Of a stretch of 64,000 bases of DNA, positions 57,453-64,000 are shown piece by piece. A model generated the notes under the pieces. The model was not told the origin of the DNA, searched no databases, and saw only the letters and a list, made by a program, of their open reading frames with translations. Location of the stretch: NCBI GenBank assembly GCA_947588655.1, contig CANPYS010000004.1, positions 3,947 through 67,946 of the forward strand. Reading direction: 5' to 3'. Numbering within the stretch: position 1 is the first letter of the stretch; each line of letters opens with the position of its first letter. This DNA comes from an uncultured Alphaproteobacteria bacterium. GTDB taxonomy: Bacteria > Pseudomonadota > Alphaproteobacteria > RF32 > CAG-239. Both the position numbers and the translations under genes were made by a program.

Positions 57453-58085
57453 TCAAACTTTCCGAGCAGGATTTCCTATCATATAGCAATTATTTTTACA
57501 ACCTTTGTAAACAGCCGATAGGGGTGCAATCTTATTATTATCACCAATGGCACTATGTGGCAAAAGAACTGAAGATGTCCCAATAGAATTCATATTTCCT
57601 ATTTTAACGCCCCCTAACATATGTGAGTTTGGTCCGAAAAAATTAAAATCACCAACTTCAACATCATGACCTAGTCCAACATGACCATTAAACAAATTGG
57701 CACAACCGATTTTAACTTCTGATGAAACAACACAATTTATAGTAAAAATGTTTGCTTCGCCAATTTCACTGTGCGGAAATATAATAACAGAAGGATCTAT
57801 GACTGTAAAAAACTTAATACCCTTAGATTTCAAATATTTATAAATTCTCTCTCTAATTTCTGGATAGCCAGAGCCTATAACAGCATAATCATTTTCCTTA
57901 AACTGAAAATCAGCAACATCACAAATCCATTGGGACGAAAAATCTTTCAAATCCGCCTTATAGCCACCTTCTCCTAGGAAACCCGCAAAATGTATATCTT
58001 TATCATATTCAGCCATACGCTGAATATAAGAATAACATTCCCGAGCAAATCCATTTCCGCCAACAATATAAATATTTTTCATCAT
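57453..58085 (-). CDS. NeuD/PglD/PerB-like hexapeptide acyltransferase
   Basis: IYIVGGNGFARE, FFTVIDPS, GHDVEVGDF, GNPARKV; start taken at 58085, next to the restored per stop. Confidence 0.88.
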   Translation of the reverse strand: MMKNIYIVGGNGFARECYSYIQRMAEYDKDIHFAGFLGEGGYKADLKDFSSQWICDVADFQFKENDYAVIGSGYPEIRERIYKYLKSKGIKFFTVIDPSVIIFPHSEIGEANIFTINCVVSSEVKIGCANLFNGHVGLGHDVEVGDFNFFGPNSHMLGGVKIGNMNSIGTSSVLLPHSAIGDNNKIAPLSAVYKGCKNNCYMIGNPARKV

Positions 58086-58086
58086 A

Positions 58087-59191
58087 TTACCCTTTTGTTC
58101 CATAATATTGTTTAATTGCAGCACAAATATTTTGAACATCATTATGAGTTAATGCAGGGTAAGATGGAAAATTAATTCCTCTAGAGGCTAAGTTTTCTGC
58201 AACTGGTAAACACTCAAACCGTTTGTTATACACCGGCATTTGGTGTATACATGGAAATGTTGGTCGGGTTTCTATACCCCCCCCCCATTGATTTCAAAGA
58301 TTCTCTTAGGGCTGTTCTATCTTCCTTAGATTCCGCCAGTGCGGATACCATCCAAAATGTGTGAAAAACATCACCAACAGGTTTATGAAAAACAAGAGGC
58401 GTATGCGCTAATTCCTCCATATACCATAGAGCAACCTGACGCTTGGCCGCAATAAACTTTTCAATCTGTTCAAACTGCGCCAGACCAATTGCCCCTTGAA
58501 TGTTTGTCATACGATAATTATACGCCGAAACATCATGCCAATATTCACGCCACGCAACAACACCCTGCCCGTGCAAATGAACAACGCGCTCAAATAATTC
58601 GTCATTGTTACAAACAACCATACCACCTTCACCGGTTGTAATCGTTTTATTTCCAAAAAACGAAAAACAAGCAATATCCCCAAAACTGCCAACTTTTTGA
58701 CCCTTATATTCAGAACCAATTGCTTCTGCACAATCTTCTATCAAAAACAAATTATATTTTTTAGCTAATGCGCACAAAGTATCCATCTCAGCCGGATGGC
58801 CATATAAATGTACGACCATTATAGCCTTGGTTTTAGGAGTAATTTTACGTTCAATATCACTCGGATCCATTTGCCAGCTATCGGGTAAACTATCACAAAA
58901 AACAACTTTACAACCAAGCTGTGCAAACGGATTCGCTGAAGCTATATAAGTAAACGTTGGACAAATAACCTCATCACCTTCACCCAAGCCAAGAGCTGAA
59001 GCCGCCAAATGAATTGCAACCGTACCATTACAGACACCTTTACCATGTTTAACACCTATAAAATTGGTAAAAGCTTTTTCAAAATCAGTCACAAAATGCC
59101 CTTTGCACGAAATCCAACCCGTATCAAGACACTCATCAACATACTTCTTTTCATTTCCAGTTAAACTTGGTTGGTAAACAGGATATTTCAT
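58087..59191 (-). CDS. per: GDP-perosamine synthase (DegT/DnrJ aminotransferase), frameshifted at G10; ~367 aa if rejoined
   Basis: CNGTVAIHLA, EDCAEA, SFFGNKTITTGEGG, YNYRMTNIQGAIG. G9 restores GIETRPTFPCIHQMPVY...LASRGINFPSYP. Confidence 0.88.
58277..58286 (-). repeat. G10 tract, out of frame (G9 restores)
   Basis: ctataCCCCCCCCCCattg. Confidence 0.9.
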
Positions 59192-59210
59192 TTTATCTCC
59201 TTTTTTAATC

Positions 59211-60242
59211 TTATAAAGTTCCTTTATGGGCTCTTTCAATATCAGCTTCAACCATCATTCGAGCCAACCCGGCAAAATCAACTTTCCGCCGCCAACCTAA
59301 AACTTTTTCGGCTTTAGCCGGATTACCAAGCAAAACCTCCACTTCAGCAGGGCGATAAAATTCTGGATTAACCTTAACGATCGTTTTTTCTGTTTTTTTA
59401 TCAATACCGATTTCATGAATGCCTTCACCCTGCCATTCAATTTCAAAGCCAGCTGTTTTGCCTGCTTCTTCAACAAATTCTCTGATAGAGTGTGTTTCAT
59501 TGGTTGCCAAAACATAGGTATCTGATTTTTCCTGTTGCAACATTTGCCACATACCTTCCACATAATCTCCAGCAAAGCCCCAATCACGTTTAGCATTTAA
59601 ATTACCAAGTTCCAAAACTTTATCTGTAAGACCAGTAACCATTTCGGCAAAATGAGCCGTAATTTTACGAGTCACAAATTCTTTGCCTCTCATAGGACTT
59701 TCGTGATTAAATAAAATTCCGGAGCTAACATGCAAGCCAAAACTTTCACGATAATTTGTAACCAACCAATGTGCCATTAACTTTGCGCATCCATAGGGAG
59801 ATCTCGGATAAAAAGGTGTCGTTTCAGACTGAACAGGTTCCTGAATCTTACCAAACATTTCGGATGTTGACGCCTGATAAAAATGTGTATGCGGTGAAAA
59901 TTCCCTAATAGCTTCCAAAATATATAAAACACCCATACCGTCAGCTTGAGCTGTATAAATAGGTTCGCTCCAAGAAGCCGCTACGAAACTTTGCGCTGCT
60001 AAATTATAGAACTCATCAGGTTGATATTTTTTTATTAAACGACAAATATTAGAAAACTCCAAAAGATCAAAATCTTTCATTTCAATTTTATCTAGTATAC
60101 CGTGCTCTTTCAATTTTGAAAAAGTATCTGTGGCACCCCGACGATACAAACCAACCACATGATATCCTTTAGAAAGTAAAAACTTTGCCAAATATCCACC
60201 ATCTTGCCCTGTTATACCAGTAATCATTGCTGTTTTAGTCAT
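59211..60242 (-). CDS. gmd: GDP-mannose 4,6-dehydratase
   Basis: ITGITGQDGGYLA, YNLAAQSFV, YQASTSEMFG, FYPRSPYGCAK, FNHESPMRG, GNLNAKRDWG. Confidence 0.97.
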   Translation of the reverse strand: MTKTAMITGITGQDGGYLAKFLLSKGYHVVGLYRRGATDTFSKLKEHGILDKIEMKDFDLLEFSNICRLIKKYQPDEFYNLAAQSFVAASWSEPIYTAQADGMGVLYILEAIREFSPHTHFYQASTSEMFGKIQEPVQSETTPFYPRSPYGCAKLMAHWLVTNYRESFGLHVSSGILFNHESPMRGKEFVTRKITAHFAEMVTGLTDKVLELGNLNAKRDWGFAGDYVEGMWQMLQQEKSDTYVLATNETHSIREFVEEAGKTAGFEIEWQGEGIHEIGIDKKTEKTIVKVNPEFYRPAEVEVLLGNPAKAEKVLGWRRKVDFAGLARMMVEADIERAHKGTL

Positions 60243-61483
60243 TTCATCATCTCCTTTATTATTAGATTAGCAGTTTTTTGCCAAGAAAATTGCTTCGCTC
60301 TTTCCATGCCCTTGGCCGCATTGGCATCGCGTAAATCTTTATTAAAATAATATTCTTCATAAGCTTTAATGTGTTGCTCATCTGAATCCCAATCTATCAT
60401 AATGCCCGCATTTCCAACAACTTCGGGCAAAGATGAATTATTTGAAGTAATAACGGGACATCCGCACTGCATAGCCTCTAATGGCGGCAAACCAAACCCC
60501 TCGTACTGCGAAGTATAAACAAACCATTCGGCACCACTATAAAGAGTAGCCAAATCAGCATCATCAACATAGCCAACTTTTTTAATCAATCCGTCAGGAA
60601 TATATTTTATTTCCCCCTCTAGTTTGGTTAAAAATGTATTCCAGTGCCCCCCCCCAAGGACAAAAATCAAATCTGTTATTTTATTTTTTTCAATAAATTG
60701 AACAAAAGTTTTAACAGCACGTATCAAATTTTTACGTGGCTCAAGCGTACAAAGACTGAAAACATATTTTTTATCTGTTGGTATATTATATTTTTCACAT
60801 ACAGCCATTAATCTTTGCTTATCTGTTTCATGGTAAAAACTTTCAGAAGCCGCAAGAGGTGTTACCTTAATTTGCTTATCCGTTAGCACCGGAAAATATC
60901 TCAAAAAATCAGCTTTTGTATTTTCCGAAATTGAAAAATAATAATCATCCTTATTAAAAGAACTCACTATATCGTTAAATGCACGAAGAATGCTTGAATC
61001 AAAATAAGTAGGATAAAGATATGGAGTCGCGTCATATAAAAACAAAAATTTCTTTTTTACCTTAAAGCTTTTAGGTGAAAAAAACGACGATAAATACAAA
61101 TCAAAGACTTTGTCTAAATCATAACTTTTTCTAAATGAATTAAGTTTCTTTAAAATACCTAAATAGATGACTGACAAAAACTTTTTTAAATATTGTTTTC
61201 TTTCTTTAAAAAACTTTATTTTTTCATAAATATCACCTATCTTACATTCTCTAGGAGTTAGTGGAGGATAAAAGATAACATCCTGCCCTAATTCCTTTTT
61301 TAAAAATTCTTTTAAATATTTTTTCTTTCTCAAAGGAGGTGACGATAAATAAACCTGCAAATGATTATCTTTAATTAATTCCTTTAATATATTTAAAGAT
61401 ACACAGAAAATACCAGAAGTGTTTCCTTTAGAAATACCCAGACATAAAACATCTGTATCAAAAAGGAGTGTTTTTTTATTCAT
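60239..61483 (-). CDS. GT4 glycosyltransferase (mannosyl/perosaminyl-transferase-like), G9 in frame
   Basis: [46 protein letters not shown]. Confidence 0.9.
   Translation of the reverse strand: MNKKTLLFDTDVLCLGISKGNTSGIFCVSLNILKELIKDNHLQVYLSSPPLRKKKYLKEFLKKELGQDVIFYPPLTPRECKIGDIYEKIKFFKERKQYLKKFLSVIYLGILKKLNSFRKSYDLDKVFDLYLSSFFSPKSFKVKKKFLFLYDATPYLYPTYFDSSILRAFNDIVSSFNKDDYYFSISENTKADFLRYFPVLTDKQIKVTPLAASESFYHETDKQRLMAVCEKYNIPTDKKYVFSLCTLEPRKNLIRAVKTFVQFIEKNKITDLIFVLGGGHWNTFLTKLEGEIKYIPDGLIKKVGYVDDADLATLYSGAEWFVYTSQYEGFGLPPLEAMQCGCPVITSNNSSLPEVVGNAGIMIDWDSDEQHIKAYEEYYFNKDLRDANAAKGMERAKQFSWQKTANLIIKEMMK
60647..60655 (-). repeat. G9 tract, in frame (LGGGH)
   Basis: agtgCCCCCCCCCaag. Confidence 0.9.
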
Positions 61484-62655
61484 CGCAACAACTCCAAAGA
61501 TTGGATAAAGTTTTCTAAGGAAAACTTTTGTCTGACAAACAACTGAGCTTTTTGCCCAATTTCTTCTCGTAATTTTTTATTTTTATAAAGTTTAAGCAAA
61601 TAATCAGAAGCTTGTTTAAGATTCGGTTCTGCCCATTTTTGAACAGATTGATAAACTTTAAAATCCAATTCCTTTGGCTTTACCAACCGATAGTTTAGAG
61701 GAAAAGCAACATTGTCAAGCACAAAATCAGTATTCCCGCCATAATTTGTGGCAATGACAGGTTTCCCCATACTCATTGCTTCAAGCATTCCTAGTCCTAA
61801 GCCTTCACCACGATGTAATGACATATACACATCACACATATTTATAAGATTTAGCATTGAAACTCTGGATAAATTTTCATTTTCCAAAACAACTTTATCC
61901 TTTAATCCTAAGTAACTTATAAGATCCAAAAAACGTTTAGCATGAGGTGATTCGGCAGAGCCCTGAGTTTTAATAATCAATTTTGCATTCTTTTTATCAG
62001 AAAGAGTATCTTTAAAAACTTTTAAAATCGCTTCAGGATTTTTACGAAAGTAAGAGGACATATACGAAAAATTAAAAAATACAACAAAATCTTTTGTACT
62101 TATACCATATTTAGCACGGGTTTGATCAGACGTTTCATCGGGCAAAGTGTCAAAATCAAAAGGGTACGACATATGAACCAAACGTACGTTATGGGGAATA
62201 ACTTTTTTAAAATAATTATAATTAAAACTTGAAAACACAACCACATTCTTTAAATCTTCAAACAAATAAGGTCTACCCTCAAGCATTCCGCTTTCAAATT
62301 CCCAGAAAAGCACAGCCGTTTCATCATAAGCATCATGTTTAGTGTACGGTGATGTTGTAAACGTAATTTTTGACTTAAAATGTGGATACAGTGAAGAAAC
62401 ATTTAAATCTGAAACATCATAATGAACACCTGATTTATCTAGTGCATGAGCAAAATCCTTACTTACTTGCGATTCTCCGCTTTCAGTCCAAAAACTCACA
62501 AGACTAAAACCATCTGATTGCAAATGTGGTTTTTCAGGTAAATTTTTATAAAACTTTTGAGATTTTTTATAACTTGAACGCAACAAACGTATTTTAAAGC
62601 CAAAAACGGTTAAAATCTTTTCTTTATAATTTTTTTGAATAGAAAACAACGGCAT
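61480..62655 (-). CDS. GT4 glycosyltransferase
   Basis: RKNPEA, SLHRGEGLGLGMLEAMSMGKPVIATNYGGN. Confidence 0.88.
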   Translation of the reverse strand: MPLFSIQKNYKEKILTVFGFKIRLLRSSYKKSQKFYKNLPEKPHLQSDGFSLVSFWTESGESQVSKDFAHALDKSGVHYDVSDLNVSSLYPHFKSKITFTTSPYTKHDAYDETAVLFWEFESGMLEGRPYLFEDLKNVVVFSSFNYNYFKKVIPHNVRLVHMSYPFDFDTLPDETSDQTRAKYGISTKDFVVFFNFSYMSSYFRKNPEAILKVFKDTLSDKKNAKLIIKTQGSAESPHAKRFLDLISYLGLKDKVVLENENLSRVSMLNLINMCDVYMSLHRGEGLGLGMLEAMSMGKPVIATNYGGNTDFVLDNVAFPLNYRLVKPKELDFKVYQSVQKWAEPNLKQASDYLLKLYKNKKLREEIGQKAQLFVRQKFSLENFIQSLELLR

Positions 62656-63089
62656 TACTTATTATTCCAATTCTTTAAAATCCAAGAAGAACTATTTGCC
62701 TTATTTTCACCACCAACGCCAAACTCTAGGCTAACATTGCATTCTTTAGCGACTTTTGTCTCGGGAATATTATCCTTTGTTCTATCGCCACCGTTCGCAA
62801 AAACCAACTCTGCATCAGGATACTTTTCTCTTGCCTTTTTAATACCATCACTTGCTGAATTATCACTATCATCAAACCCAAAAGCATCAATAACACCCTT
62901 TAAATTTTCACAAATAGTTAAGCGTGTATTAAAATTCATAAAATTTTTGCCCTTTTTACGACACAACCATTCATCAGAATTAACAAGCACAATCACGCCA
63001 TCGCTACGTTGTCTAGAGGCCTTAATCATTTCAATATGCCCCTCATGAATAGGATCAAAACCACCGGAAACAATATAATATTTAGACAT
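62655..63089 (-). CDS. HxGH-type cytidylyl/nucleotidyltransferase (TagD/RfaE-domain-like)
   Basis: VSGGFDPIHEGH, VNSDEWL, FANGGDR, KANSSSWIL. Confidence 0.88.
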   Translation of the reverse strand: MSKYYIVSGGFDPIHEGHIEMIKASRQRSDGVIVLVNSDEWLCRKKGKNFMNFNTRLTICENLKGVIDAFGFDDSDNSASDGIKKAREKYPDAELVFANGGDRTKDNIPETKVAKECNVSLEFGVGGENKANSSSWILKNWNNK

Positions 63090-63152
63090 TTAATATTCCT
63101 TGTTTTATATAAAGCGCGTAAAATAGGCTTTTAGTTTTTATTTTTAAAAAGA

Positions 63153-63181
63153 TTTATAACCTAAAAAGAAATAGATTTCAA
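63153..63181 (-). promoter_or_regulatory. Possible sigma70 promoter at head of minus-strand polysaccharide operon
   Basis: Minus strand TTGAAA-17 bp-TATAAA, about 65 bp upstream of ATG 63089. Confidence 0.4.
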
Positions 63182-63295
63182 CAAAAAAATCTTTTTATAC
63201 AAGATATAATAAATAAAACCTAAAATTTCCTCATCAATCGTAACGTTATCTTAAACTTTGTATGTAAAGATATCATAAACCAAGGGAGAGGGCTA

Positions 63296-63766
63296 ATGCA
63301 AAAACTAAAGAATCTTTTGATTTTAGGTGGTATTTTTCAAGTTATCTCATTTATATTAAGCATTTCCGACAATGAGATTTGTTTGTTTATTTGGGGATTA
63401 TTTTTTCTGGCATTTATCATCAGCGCAATCGTATTTTTGTTCCTGAAAAATGTTTTATGGACGCAAAAAATAATTAAAAAGCACAATGTTTTAACGCCCT
63501 TTTTGTACGCCATTGGTTGGATTCCTTATATTTCCCTACCCTACTTCATCGTCGGCATGGTTATGGGTTATAACGGTGCCATGGCGGCTTACAATGGTGT
63601 AGAATATGCGCCTGCAAATCCAGAGCTTTTAGGATTGTTTTTAACAGCTTATTACATTGCTTTAGGGGCAGGACTGATACTCAGCCTGCTTTTGGCGACA
63701 GTATATGTTTTGCGAAATTTTTATATGTCGCACAAATCTTCCACCAAAAAAGCCAACTCTCAATAA
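63296..63766 (+). CDS. Hypothetical membrane protein
   Basis: 156 aa, about 4 hydrophobic segments, GGAG RBS. Confidence 0.65.
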   Translation: MQKLKNLLILGGIFQVISFILSISDNEICLFIWGLFFLAFIISAIVFLFLKNVLWTQKIIKKHNVLTPFLYAIGWIPYISLPYFIVGMVMGYNGAMAAYNGVEYAPANPELLGLFLTAYYIALGAGLILSLLLATVYVLRNFYMSHKSSTKKANSQ

Positions 63767-63784
63767 AAATAGTTTAACATAAGG

Positions 63785-64000
63785 CGCCTTGCCCTTAAGC
63801 TTTGCGTTAATCGCAAAGCTAACTCGCTTCGGTCACCGCTCTGTAACGCTTGCATCGGCGCCTGCCGGTACCTCGCAAGCTAACACTCGCGTAATTCACC
63901 AGTTAAAAAGGCGCCGTTAAGGCGCCTTTTTAAAGGGTGTCTTGCTCCTAAGCTTTGCGTTAATCGCAAAGCTAACTCACTTCGGTCACCGCTCTGTAAC
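63785..64000. repeat. Two copies of the palindromic repeat family seen at 16922
   Basis: 52-bp taagctttgcgttaatcgcaaagctaactc(g/a)cttcggtcaccgctctgtaac at 63796-63847 and 63949-64000, one mismatch, 153 bp apart. Confidence 0.9.
63905..63931. terminator. Bidirectional-type terminator hairpin
   Basis: aaaaaggcgcc-gttaa-ggcgccttttt. Confidence 0.65.

Larger units (their letters stand above)
29167..63089. other. AT-rich surface polysaccharide (capsule/O-antigen) biosynthesis and modification locus
   Basis: About 33 contiguous glycan, acyl and methyl genes; visibly lower GC than 5-29 kb (not computed); holds 18 of the 19 long G/C tracts. Confidence 0.9.

Noticed and set aside
29167-63089. Integrative mobile element or prophage
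   Set aside because: No integrase, transposase, att duplication or phage gene is visible; low GC alone is typical of polysaccharide loci.
63145-63197. 11-bp inverted repeat (taaaaagattt/aaatcttttta) around the operon-head promoter as a third inverton
   Set aside because: Short, almost all A/T, and lacks the GTAC core; expected by chance in this composition.
63780-64000. tRNA or known ncRNA at the window end
   Set aside because: No cloverleaf, T-loop or CCA pattern; explained by repeat copies and a terminator.

Overview
Bacterial chromosome window, most likely an Alphaproteobacterium (inference from ATP12, AsmA, plsY-dprA-topA and pyrH-frr-uppS-cdsA-rseP-bamA-lpxD-fabZ synteny). Bases 1-4.9 kb hold a gtr-like membrane glycosylation module. 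Bases 5-29 kb are housekeeping genes, apart from a repeat-rich 15-17 kb segment. Bases 29.2-63.1 kb form a visibly AT-rich surface-polysaccharide locus: O-acetylation pair, alditol-phosphate module, methyltransferases, FkbH-like protein, GT4/GT8 enzymes, a LuxE/LuxC-FabH-ACP-SDR-transketolase acyl pathway, gmd and per. Two candidate phase-variation layers stand out. (1) I count 19 G/C homopolymers of 8-11 nt; 18 lie in the polysaccharide locus, one lies in a gtr-like gene, and none was seen in the housekeeping genes. Seven of them sit exactly where a split gene rejoins with a 1-nt change, and two more at gene ends would create a fusion or read through a hairpin. (2) Two ~105-bp elements (16493-16598 and 40078-40188) share the inverted-repeat core CAAAAAAACGTAC...GTACGTTTTTTTG. 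In each, a -35 box in the spacer lies 17 bp from a -10 box inside the right repeat, which is the architecture of an invertible promoter. No recombinase, tRNA, rRNA or CRISPR array was found. All counts and alignments were done by eye, and homopolymer sequencing error cannot be excluded without reads.
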